A stretch of DNA of 64,000 nt from Asterias rubens (Eukaryota): contig NC_047063.1 of NCBI RefSeq assembly GCF_902459465.1, positions 15,934,001-15,998,000 on the forward strand. Reading direction: 5' to 3'. Below the pieces are notes generated by a model, which searched no databases, was not told where the DNA came from, and worked only from the letters and a program-made list of their open reading frames with translations. The position numbers and the translations under genes were made by a program. How positions within the stretch are numbered: the stretch's first letter is position 1; each line of letters begins with the position of its first letter. Below are positions 34,680-46,245 of the stretch, piece after piece.

Positions 34680-37600
34680 GATGGGGGTTCGGAAGAGTAG
34701 AGAAAAGGTATTTAATTAGTGGTTGTTGTGCAATCATAACTCTGGGTCTGACTGAGTCAGGGACTCGGTATTATATGTATTGCCATGAATGCTCCAAGCT
34801 AGTCTCAAACCCACTCACTTGCACTCAGCTCAGTCACACTCACAGTGCTGAGTCAGTCACGAAAGACACACGGTACGACTACGAGTGCACTCCCATATCA
34901 GCATGTTCGTTGAGCGTTTTACATGTTTTACGCGAGAGTGCAACGCAACACACGAAGAAGAATATGCCCAGTGGCAAACTGAGACTTTTGTCCAACAGAA
35001 CCACTGCACTGAATTGTTACATATGGTAGTAATTGCTTACCTTCACCAAACATTTATCGTGGAAACAGCAGCACCATCGCTCGCTGTCTATCTCGTCGTC
35101 TGACTCTGACATAAACAACAACACGTGCGCTTTCGCGTTTGTTCTTCCACTCAAAATTAATGTCTTGGACCCAAGGTCTATAAGAAAGGGCCGTTCGATT
35201 TGTACGTTGAATTTAGGACAATCACAGCAGGTAGGGTACCATTCTGATATAGCGCCCTCTATAGCTCTAAATCTCACAATCTACATTATTGTAGTAAAAT
35301 GATAGTACTCATCTAAAAATTATTATATTCAAGCCTGCAAAACGACTACCTGTACCCGTAAAATAGCTCTATGTTGTACCTATAATGCTATATACCCCGT
35401 TTGTGTGAATAATTATAGTCAAAACCAAGAATGCCACACTGTAGTACCCGATCAATGTGTCAGACGGTTCATAAAGTGATACCTAGATGATTCATTGACT
35501 GCTCACACTTTTGAAATTATAAGGGGCTGTGCAGGAGATGTAGTCCTACTGTTACAATGGCGCTCACACCATGGTCCATGGAGGCTATTTCTACCTCCAT
35601 TACAACACTCCCTAAATAAGCTCCCCACAACCAGGATGAATAACACATGCTTTATTATTCAATAAAACCCGCACAACAAAATGTATTAACCCTCTCAGCC
35701 TCTTGTGGCATTTGCTGACAACAATTGTTTGTTTATTTTCATGTTGTTGAGCTATATGAGGCTTGCCCCAAAAAAGTCCATGTAATGTAGTCCATCACCT
35801 GATTATTGTCAAATACAAACCTGTTTTGATGATTGATATAATAATTTTATAATATGAAGAGGAAAAAAACAAAACAAAAATGATCTAAGTACCGGTAATT
35901 ATTTTAGGTAATGGTCATCTGTGAGGTAAATACACGCACACTTGGTCTAAAGATATTATTTTATTTTATTCATTTATTTTCACTTTGTCAGAAATGCTAC
36001 ATAATTCATTTCCTAAAATGTACAATTAACACCAGAACTGAAGGGCACAATGTACAGTGAAGTTTATTTAAAAAATTACATGTAAAAAGTCCAAAGAGCA
36101 GAGCATTGTAACAAAGCAAAATTAAGCAAAACCTACAAACAAAAAAACACCAAAAAATGCAAAATCAGCCTACATGGCTCATGAAATAATATTATTGAAA
36201 CCAAAAACTATTTTTAAAAAGAAAATTTAATTGAGAGAGTGAATATTTCACAGGTCACTAACAGAAAACAAGATGTGTGATTAAGTAACTTTTCTGAAAA
36301 CAAAAACTGTAAGATAATAGGGAAACAAGTTTCAGGATAGTCTCAAAATTTGTGATAGGTCTTGCAAATCAGATGGGGTAAACAAAATAATGATGAATTT
36401 GTTCATTTTATGATAATACAATATTGCTAAACTACATACTCCTTACACTTGTGGCTGTTTTAGCTGGAACTTGGATCTGTTTGCGCAATTAAGCATAAAG
36501 TTGAAATTGGCTGAGCAGCATTTTCTGCTAAACAGCTTTAAGAATTTGGGCCCAGCTATTTTCAGTGTACAAAATGTATACAGTATATCAAGAACATGTT
36601 GCAGATCACTCAGAGAACCAGTTAAAAAACATGCATTACACATGGGTATTTGGCTGGTAACCTGTTTCTACTCAGCAAGAAATCTAAGTAACTATATAGA
36701 CGTAAAACAAAGGGGGAAACTGCCCTCCCTCACTCGAGCAAAACAGTGGTAAAATTCAGACACTGGTAAGAAAGAAATGGTTAGAGGTAGCAAAAACAAA
36801 TTTTCATCCAGTATTACAAATTGGTACTTATGTTTTATGTAACATTCTGGGCAAATCACCCGGTTCTATACCCCCTTCAACCAATTAATAGTTTGTTCCC
36901 CATACAATAATGGCTAAACATGGAGCATTAAAACTGCTTTTACATTATGCATTACCACAAATGTTGTTAAGAAAATGAAAAAATAGTTCAAAACTTTGAC
37001 CAGCATTCACAACAATGTATAATTTTTGCAAACTGAGTCAGTGACAAAATAATCAATTGATTTGTACAGTGTACAAACCCAAGTCTTCATGGGAAAAACA
37101 TATGTATATGTTTTTCCCAAGAAGACTTGGAATTGCTGCCCAGTGAAACATTTCCCTGGCACAGTGTATAGCACTTGTGTAGAAATATGTAGCACAGGCT
37201 TTGTTGGGTGCTACTAAAAATCATCATATGGCACTAAATATCAGCTCTGCCAGTGTGCAAAACCCTTGTTCAGTCTTTTTCAGATACTTTGTGAAAATGC
37301 TGGATGAGGTAATTCCCTAAACAGTATGTGGCGAAGAGATAACCAAATTCTACAGAACTAACTTCACATTTTCATGAACTAAATGTTGAAATTAAGTGTG
37401 ACATAATTTCTCCTTCACAAGGATAATCATTTGGCACAAATTTACATCATGCATATTCAACAGCAAATAAAACACAAAATAAAAAGCAGGGAATACAAAA
37501 GAATAAATTCATGAAAGAAAACAAAAATCTACATCAGTAAAAATAATGTTCAAACATGTATGTCATACATCTAGCTATACTAACACATTTACACAAGTCA

Positions 37601-37836
37601 TTATTATAAATTTGGTAAACAAATATTAAAAAAATATCATATCTGTTCAAAAATTGAAACGAAAGAATGATCTCGTCCGTACCACAAATAATTCCCTGAA
37701 AATAAAAACGAGAACATCTCTGAAAGAAAAATGTCCCTTTAGTAAACTTCAGTAATGGATATTTACAAAATTTGAAAATGGAACTGGATTGGGTGTTGAG
37801 CTATTGATACAATCAAACTAGATTTTGCTCGTTTCT

Positions 37837-38201
37837 TTAAAGGCTGTGGACACTATTGGTAATTGTCAAAGACCAGTCTTCTCTATTTGTGTATCTCAAC
37901 ATATGCATTAAATAATAAACCTGTGAAAATTTCAGCTCAATCGGTCATCGAAGTTGCGAGATAATAATGAAAGAAAAAACACCCTTGTCACACAAAGTTG
38001 TGTGCGTTTAGATGGTTGATTTCGAGACCTCGAAATCAAATTCATGGAAAATTACTTCTTTCTCGAAAAATATGTCACTTCAGAGGGAGCCGTTTCTCAC
38101 AATGTTTTATACCATCAACCTCTCCCCATTACTCGTCACCAAGAAAGGTTTTACGCTAATAATTATTTTGAGTAATTACCAATAGTGTCCACTGCCTTTA
38201 A
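37837..38201 (+). mobile_element. Family A MITE
   Basis: TTAAAGGCTGTGGACACTATTGG ... GTGTCCACTGCCTTTAA. Confidence 0.92.
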
Positions 38202-39429
38202 CAGTTGTTTCAAATGCAAAGAATTCAGAGCTCAAAGTCTTGATGCTTTGTTTCGCAACAGCAATGTTACCTTCACACCAACACAGCAACCGACTCCAAC
38301 TCTCTGTGGTAATTGACTGGAACAGAATCCTTCAAATTCAATGACTGACAGGCCTGCAGTCAATCTCAGTCGAAACTTTACACAACTGCATAATTCCACA
38401 TGTGCAACGTTGCGCAAGTGGACTTACGCAGTTGATTAAAGTTTCATGAAATCGACCGCTGAAATTACCGGGAATAACACACTGTTGCCCTGATTTTGGC
38501 CTTAGTTCCCTTTACAAAGGTTTCCCACAGAAGTGCCCTTTGCAAAATGAAAGCGACCTTGCCCTTTCAAAGATGAAATTCCAGGCTTGGAGTGATGAAA
38601 ACCGAAGTAGACAAACTTGTTAGTGACTGGCAATGAAGGACCAGCTATCTTTTGATTTCATTGGCCGATCAGCTTTCTCACTAGTCTATTATTAAATGTG
38701 GATCCTTTTCAAAATTGAACTAGACAGCCGGACCAGTAGTGAGTAAAGTTCTGGCCAGTGGATTGTCGTTAAAGATGAACTCTGCCCTGACAATTTTTGC
38801 TTCTTATGAAGTGTTGGAAAGGGGGCCTGTAATAAATCATTTTTTCCTAAAAGCCATCAACGCAGTCGGCATGAACATCAAACGCAACGGCTTCTGTTGG
38901 GTCTTGAGGTCCACTACTTCATTTCAGTGAAGTAACAGAATGGAATACTTGTATATCGCTTCAAGGCTAATCACCTCAATAACAGGTACAAAAATTCTGA
39001 GAGGGATAGTAATTTAAACAATAATACATGTACTTTGATTAGAAAAAGAACATTTCATAATTTTAAAGTTTAAGTAAATAAACAACTAAAATCCTACAAC
39101 CACACATAATATCAACAGCAGCTTGAAATAAAAATGACTATGTTCACTTTTACCACATGGAGTTTGGTCAACTATCTGCATCAACCATTAGACAGATTAA
39201 TAATCCTTGATTGACATAGATCTTGGATCTACATTTATCGGGTCTATTGAAAGTTTACCTACATGTAAATGAATAACATCGGCTTGTATAATTGCAGGCC
39301 TGATTCTCAAATGAAAGTGCCAATTCAAAATGAAAATAGCCTTGCCCTTTTCGGCATGTTCAAGGATGTAATTCAAGGCCTGTCAACAAATCAAAATGGT
39401 CAGTGCGTAGGTGAAGATTCAGTCAAAGT

Positions 39430-42400
39430 TCAGTCAATTGGTGAGGAGTGCCGTCTCATTTTCTTAGTTGGAGGAGGGCTAGGGGTGACGCTGATTTCAC
39501 TTGTATTGTCTATTTCCTCCGTAGTGCCGGGATCAAAGTCGTCTTCTGAGACATTGGACGACTCGTCAGAGGACATCTCCCGTATGTCTCCTGGCTTCTG
39601 GAAATTGATCTTAACGAGAAGCTTCTGCAGTTGCTGGGCTCGGCTGGCCTTCTTGGGGCCAGTATCTGGCGGTGGTTTCATCACCTTCCTTGGCTGTTTA
39701 GCCAACTTCTTTGCCGGAGACTTCTTCACTTGAGACTTCTTCGCTGGAGACTTCTTTACTTGAGACTTCTTAGCTGGTGTCTTCTTTGCTGGAGACTTCC
39801 CTCCACTGTTTTTCCTGGGACGACCTAGCGGCTTCGTCTTTGTCTTTGCCTTTTTAGGTGACTCTTTTACCTTAGCTTTCGGCGTCACTTTTTTCGTCTT
39901 CTCTGGAGCTGGAGATCTGATCCTTGCAGGGCTAGCGTTAGCGTTTTTTGACCTGAAGTCAAAGGCCTCAACGGACAAAGGGGAGCCTACCTCTTCCAAG
40001 TAGCTCAGGATTTGAGGGCGAGAACGAAACTTTTTTCCTGTAGGACTGTGTGAAAACAAGGTACAAACAGAAAATCACTTGATAAAAATATTTTTTTTGA
40101 TGTGTGGATAATAATTTCATCACTTGGTGCGATCTTCTAGAACTTTAGGAAAATAGGTTCGGCAGCAAAAGTAGAAACAACTTAAAATGTAGTGCTATTA
40201 ATGGATTTCTCCATCAGGGTCCAATTTCATGGCTCTGCTTACCATAAAGCACAGAATCGGCGCTTACGGAAGCAGGGAATTCTGTGCTTATGGCAAGTGT
40301 ATTTCACGGGTTAGCGGCAAATTTGGGCTTCTGCGCGTGCGTACTCCACGTTACTAGGCATTCTACGCTTACAAGGCTAGCGCAGAAATTCGGCGCTTGC
40401 ACGTGAGCGGGGAATCATGATCGTAAGCGCAGAATTTGGGGGTAAGCAGAGCCATGAAATTGGGCCCTGATTCCTTTTCCATGAATCTGTACTCATTCTA
40501 ACACAGACCCAAAGACCAATCAGTTCACAATTTGCACACCAACACTTACATGTAGTTGAAATAGACGTGTTTTGTCTGTTCTACAATGTACATGTACATG
40601 CGTCATATTAATTGTTCAAGAAAAAAAGTGCATGCTAAGTCTAAACAGAAACGGGGGATTTTTGTGAAGCAATTTGAGGAAATTTGTTCCACGAGGTCGT
40701 TTTATAAAGTACACTCATTTGTTTACTTACAAAAACTTAGTGGACATGCTGCTACATGCACTATATAACTCAATGCAGGAAATCAAAGAAAGAGTTTCAC
40801 TCTGGCTTAAGCTTTCCTTGCAATTTTGCAGCTGAAACTCCCAGGATCATGTGGTCAGCCAGAGCTTTATCCAGAGGCTATTTAGTAAGCCTGGGTGACT
40901 AGTGAAATTTACTAATCGACTAGCCGTGCCTCAAATTGTCACGATTTTGACACTAGTCACGACTAATTTTTAATTCTCAAGCTGCATTGCAGGATATTGC
41001 TTGCCTCAGTCACAATATAGTAAAATTCACAATGAAGAAATTGAAGGATTGTATTACTGATGTCTGATTGTGTTTGGAAAGTACATGTAAATGTCAATTA
41101 TGTTGTTGTGAATACTTGTGAACCACACAATTGGTTCACCAAGCAGGAAGTTGGAATTATATTTGTAGTAGTCATGGCTGCACGATTAACCCTGCAGTGG
41201 AAAAAAATGGTAGTCAAGACTCAACTAAGCAATAACGGTTGCGACATTTTCAATACCTGCACTAGTCACCCAGGCTTACGATAGATGGATTGCAGTTCCG
41301 TCATCGACCGCCATCTTTGATGTTTGAGTAAGAGAAAAGAGGGCGGTCGATGACGCGTATTGCAATCCATCTATTTAGACTCGATTGTAATTGTAAGCAA
41401 TGCCATCTACATGTAGTTTGTTATTACCTCCAGTAGTAAACGTCCACCTTCCCAGCACTCACGCCTTGCATTCTCTGAGTAGCAATACGTCTCCATCCAT
41501 CAGGAATTACTACTTCGCCATCAGCCCCACCGTCAGGAGACACAGAAGCCTTTGCAGCTGGGGACTTTGCAGCGGGGGATTTCTTTGGGGTTGTTGAACT
41601 TTTAGCAGGTTTTGTCCCATCAGGTTTGGACTTCTTAGGCATGCTTGATATTTCAGATTCTACATTTGAGGCGGTTTTGGTTTCAGACTCTTCACCCTTG
41701 TCAGCAGGTTTTTCATCCTTTGATTCAGTTTTAGTCTCTGACGCCATTTGCTCTTTGAGTTCTGAATTCCTCTTTTTCATGGGGAGTTCCTTTTCTGGTT
41801 TTGTCTCTACTGCTCCTCCACTCTTGACATCCACTGCGGGTGACTTGGCTTCCTTGACGGTTGGCTTTGCCACCTCAGCCCTGAGGGCCTCCTCTTGCCT
41901 CCTGAGTTCTTGCTCCATCTCAGCACGGTGTCGCTTCTTGGGTGTGAGGGGACGGGGTGAAGTTGAATGTACAGGAACCACTAGGGGGCTGATTTTGCAG
42001 ATTGGTGATACATCACTGTCACTAGAGCCGGATGCGGATCTGCAAAGGTACAATCAAACTCTGTTTACTTGATGTTGGGTAAAATAAACATGAACACTTT
42101 CTCCAAGTATTATCACACAATTTTTGTACATCTTTAACTGAAGGTTAAATAAACCAATCCAGAAAGTATTAAAAAACCAACAAGATTTGTATTTTGGCAT
42201 CTACTTAGAATATTTAAAGTATTTCATTTGAGCAGTGTAGGTATTTCAGAACAACCAACTCAGTCCATTAATTAAAAAATGGCACCCAAGTATTTTATTC
42301 AGGATTACATTATAAGCCCGATTCTGTCCCTTTTTTATGTACTCGTGGCAGTCCTGCCCAGGTGCATTATTGTTAATTTCATTGTTGTTTGTAACTTTTG

Positions 42401-43327
42401 AATGTCATTATATTTTGGATATTGACACATTTTTGCCCATAAAGGTTTTCAAATGCAATGTATTTTAATATGTTTTGTTTGCACCAATTTCATACATGAG
42501 GTTAGGGAAACTTGTCATCCCCCTACCCCTCCCCCCCCCCCTAGTGCTCACATGAAGACTCTATTTGAAGGGATTTAGACCCAGTTACTGGGGCGCTGAT
42601 ACTCTGGGTTTTTCTAATTAATTGGGACTATTGGAAATTGAGTACCTACATCACAAAGTTGAATTTTACATTTCCCTTGCTCTTATTAAACATGTTAATA
42701 ACACTCAGCGAGGACAGGGCGGAGATCTGAATAGAAAGTACACACTGTCTTTGTGCAGTGCTAGTCCGTCCGTCGAGTTGTCTCAAAGTCGAGTTGTCCG
42801 AACCGTTGAGTTGTCCGAACTGTCGAGTTGTCTGAACGGACGAGTTGTCCGACGGACGTGTTGTCTGACATTCAGTCAGTGGTGGGTGATTTTATAGAAT
42901 TCGAATTGGACCTTTTTTTTTAATGCAGCACGATGTGGGATAGCAAAGCAAAATATTGTATGATGGGGAAATAATATACTGCAGCTTTGATTTCTGCCAG
43001 GTACGAACAAAGATAATACTCAAATTACTAATTTTGCGCGGGCAAACTGCATGAGCTGGACATTTGCAAAGCCCAAGCAAAGGTGTGCACGATTGAAATT
43101 ATAATAATTATTATGTTTTTGAATGCAGCGAAAGTATTGAAATTTGACAGTCAAAAGCACGCAGTAATTCCAACTGGCAATGCAAATTTCAACTGTCTTT
43201 AGCTGCACAAGTTATCAGTCTTAAAAGCAAAACACATCACGTAAGAAAACTATCAATCTTACCCTGATCTAGGCCTGGAAATATCCTCAGGTGCCTCGAA
43301 AGTTGTAATAACGCATTCTTCCGCCAT
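39430..43327 (-). CDS. Methyl-CpG-binding domain protein, 430 aa, 3 exons; MBD + AT-hook + SPxK repeats + MeCP2-like KLLVKINFQ
   Basis: Exons 43327-43263 (MAEECVIT...RSG), 42039-41428 and 40045-39430; phases match, 1293 nt. The MBD reads IPDGWRRIATQRMQGVSAGKVDVYYWS|PTGKKFRSRPQILSYLEEVGSPLSVEAFDFR, with the intron at the position typical of MBD genes. GRPRK at 39825-39811, KLLVKINFQ at 39624-39598. Confidence 0.92.
40215..40469. mobile_element. Family C MITE in the MBD-gene intron
   Basis: TIR CAGGG(T/C)CCAATTTCATGGCTCTGCTTACC, about 29 bp with 1 mismatch; AT on both flanks. Confidence 0.9.
40886..41278. mobile_element. Non-autonomous hAT-like element
   Basis: TIR TAAGCCTGGGTGACTAGTG / CACTAGTCACCCAGGCTTA. 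The left flank CTATTTAG recurs at 41371-41378 beyond the adjacent small MITE, a possible 8-bp TSD split by that insertion. Confidence 0.75.
41281..41374. mobile_element. 94-bp ATAGA-terminated fold-back MITE
   Basis: ATAGATGGATTGCA..GTCATCGACCGCC / GGCGGTCGATGAC..TGCAATCCATCTAT. Confidence 0.75.
42765..42870. repeat. Short tandem array of ~16-17-bp units (TCGAGTTGTCCGAAC-like)
   Basis: About six GAGTTGTC(C/T)GA cores in tandem. Confidence 0.8.
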
Positions 43328-43900
43328 TTTGGCAATAATAAAGTGCGCCCTCTCTAGTTATATATTTATTCATAGCCGCGACGGTTAATACCTAACAAAA
43401 TGAAATGAAGGGTTTTTCTGACCCGTGCGCACACCACTTCGATCGTTGCTTTCAACCTATCCTTAATTTGTTTTAATATCTCGTCCCTCTCCTCAGTTAC
43501 ATTATTCAATAAAATAGAACTAGAGCTCTTGCATATGTCTAGTGTTCCAGCATTAGTGAGACTGTATAATAAACGGTGATTTCATCAACAAGTATCTCTA
43601 ACAGTTGGGTATAGTTTTGGGTATCAAATTTAATCACATTTTAATCTAATTTAATCATCTAATTTATTAATCTAATTTAATCAAACTTTTAGCATTTTTT
43701 GTGCATTCATGCCTACAGCTTTTTTTTTTTTTTTTTTAAGTCAGAGTTTGTTGTTTTTTGTAATTTTTAACAATAATGAATGTAAACACGCCAATTTAAG
43801 TCTTTTTAACTTCTGTCGAGTATTTTTGTGATATCTTTAATAAACCTTAATGAATTGAATTGAAATTGGATTGAATATACGCATGTTTGTTTTGTGGCAG

Positions 43901-43968
43901 ATATAACATCACTACTGGAGACTATGATCCACAGACGACTGACTTTAAATCTAATGGGGATGGGGGAA
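43901..43968 (+). pseudogene. Isolated exon of a DD3-3 paralog, inverted relative to the intact gene
   Basis: TTTGTTTTGTGGCAG acceptor, then (R)YNITTGDYDPQTTDFKSNGDGG. 14 of 20 aa are identical to the intact gene's exon 54450-54388, with the same phase-2 acceptor. The donor (GTACAC) is weak. Confidence 0.7.
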
Positions 43969-44289
43969 GTACACATTTTACAATGAACACATTTTGTGTA
44001 AGTTATGTTTTTCAATGTCATCATAATATAGAACACCATGGTAATCATGGCATAAAGCCCATCCTAAATCCCACTTAAAGGTATAATATGTAGACATAAT
44101 AAAATTAATGTGTGAGTACAATTGCAGGAACAATGCCTTGCAAGGCTTATTATTACTACAAAAGATGCAAAACAACAACTTCAGTGGTGCTTGCAAAAAT
44201 CTTGAGCCATTTAAAGAATGAAACATTAGTTGTCTACATCCTCCAGCAAGTTGCCATTTCTGTCTCCGTGTCTGGTATTTTCAGATCTC

Positions 44290-46245
44290 CTTACTTTTTC
44301 GCCCAATTTGGATAAAAGTGCTGAACTTGTAACATGCCTACCTCTTGTGATTTTTTAATTTCGTATGCCTAATTTGACTAAATTGCTGAACTAACCCTTT
44401 GTTAGTTTTGTTACATTTTTTGATTTTTTTTGATAAATTAATTCCTGAACTTACCCCATGTGATTTTTTAATATTGTTGCCTAAATTTGCCTCATCTTAT
44501 TAAAATTGCTTACACCCTTGTGAATTTTTGTTTTGTTTTTGGCCTTATTTTGATAAAATTCCTGAACTTAGCACTTTGTGATTTTGTTAACTTTTTGGCC
44601 TAAATTTGATAAAAAATTCCTGAACTTACCCCGTAATATTTTTACAAAACTTTCTGGCCTTTTTTTGATAAAATTAATGAACTATATCTTTTTCACTATT
44701 AGGCATTATTTTGATACAATTCCTTTTCTTTTTTGCCTAAATTTCATAAGATCCCTGAACATACTTTTTTGCCATTATTTGATAAAACTACTGAACTAAC
44801 GCCTTGTGATTTGTGGCACTTTTTGGCCAATTTTTTTGCTGTTGAGAGTTTGACAAGTACACAAGGCTTAATAAAAGCCTTGTTGCTTTTGAGGGCAAAA
44901 TTTGTTGCTTTGTATAGGGCAACATTTGACAAGTACACAAGGCTGTAGCCTTGTTGCTTTTTAGGGAAAAAGTTGTTGCTTTTTAGGGCAACATTTGATA
45001 AGAACACTAGGCTTATAGCCTTGTTGCTTTTTAGGGCAGAATTTGTTGTTTTTTAAGGCATACTTTGATAAGTACACAAGGCTAAAGCCTTGTTACTTTT
45101 CAGGAAAAGATTTGTTGCTTTTTGGGCCAAAATTTGTTGCTTTTTAGGGCAACATTTGATAAGCACACAAAGCCTTGTTGCTTTTTAGGACATAATTTGT
45201 TGCTTTTTAGTGCAAAATTTGTTGCTTTTTAGGGCAACATTTGATAAGCACACAAGGCCTTGTTGCTTTTTAGGACAAATTTGTTGCTTTTTGGGGACAA
45301 AATTTGTTGCTTTTTAGGGCAGAATTTGTTGTTTTTTAGGGCAACATTTGATAAGTACACAAGGCTTGTTGCTTTTTAGGGCAACATTTGAAAAGTTCAC
45401 AAGGTTAGAGACCTGCTAACTCTCATTACAATATACGGCTGGTTTCCCGTTGTAAAGGTAGTGACCAGCTAAACTCTTATGCAATGTACTGCAATCTTTG
45501 GCTGGTTTCCTGTTGTATCAGTAGAGACCAGCTAACTCTTATGGACTGTGTACTGCAATCTTTGGCTGGTTTTTCGTTGTAAGACTAGAGACCAGCTAAC
45601 TCTCATGCAATATGTATTGCAATGTATGGCTGGTTTCCCGTTGTACAGGTATTGCAATCTTTGGCTGGTTTCTCGTTGTAAATTTGCTGCTTTCTGTGCA
45701 AAGTGTAATAAGTACACAAGGCTAAAGCCTTGTTGCTTTGTAGGGCAAAATTTGTTGCTTTTTAGTGCAAAACTGATAACTACACAAGGCTATAGTCTTG
45801 TTGCTTTTTAGGGCAAAATTTGTTGGGTTTTTAGGGCACCATTTGATAAGTACACAAGGCAAATTTGTTGCTTTTTAGGGCAGAATTTGTTGTTTTTTAG
45901 GGCAACATTTGTTGCTTTTTTATGCAACGTTTGAAAATTCGACAAGTACACAAGTAGCCTTGTTGCTTTTTAGGACAAAATTTATTGCTTTTTAGGGCAC
46001 GATTTGATAAGTACACAAGGCAAAATTTGTTGCTTTTAAGGGCAACATTGATAAGTACACAAGCCTTGTTGTTTTGAAGGACAAATTGTGTTGCTTTTTA
46101 GTGCAAAGTTTGACAAGTACACAAGTCTTGTTGCTTTTTAGGGCAAAAATTGTTGCTTTGTAGGGCTTTTTTTTTTGGATAAGTACACAAGCCTTGTTGC
46201 TTTTTAGGGCAAACTTTTTTTCTTTCAATGCAAAATTTGATAAAC
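44290..46245. repeat. Compound satellite block of three unit types
   Basis: About 44290-44830: ~45-50-bp TTTTGGCCTAAATTTGATAAAA..CCTGAACTTACC units. About 44830-45407 and 45681-46245: modular TTGTTGCTTTTTAGGGCAA and TTTGATAAGTACACAAGG units. About 45408-45680: ~60-bp TGGCTGGTTTCCCGTTGTA..AGAGACCAGCTAACTCT units. Confidence 0.9.

Noticed and set aside
34775-35302. Cluster of 70-90-aa ORFs upstream of PRMT6
   Set aside because: No recognisable domain or consistent splice structure; possibly a decayed transposon end, but I could not define TIRs.
34700-39400. MBD4-type glycosylase exons downstream of the MBD gene
   Set aside because: No PWKLL, LxPLGL or GIGKY-like coding segments were found by eye or in the ORF track. 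Very small exons cannot be fully excluded.
44279-44315. TTTCAG|ATCTCCT...GCCCAATTTGGA reading (R)SP..AQFG, as if it were the next DD3-3 exon after the orphan exon
   Set aside because: GCCCAATTTGGATAAA is the first unit of the adjacent satellite and a stop follows at once; most likely coincidence.
44290-46245. CRISPR-like repeat array
   Set aside because: There are no unique spacers between constant repeats, the units are degenerate and contiguous, the context is eukaryotic, and no cas genes are present.
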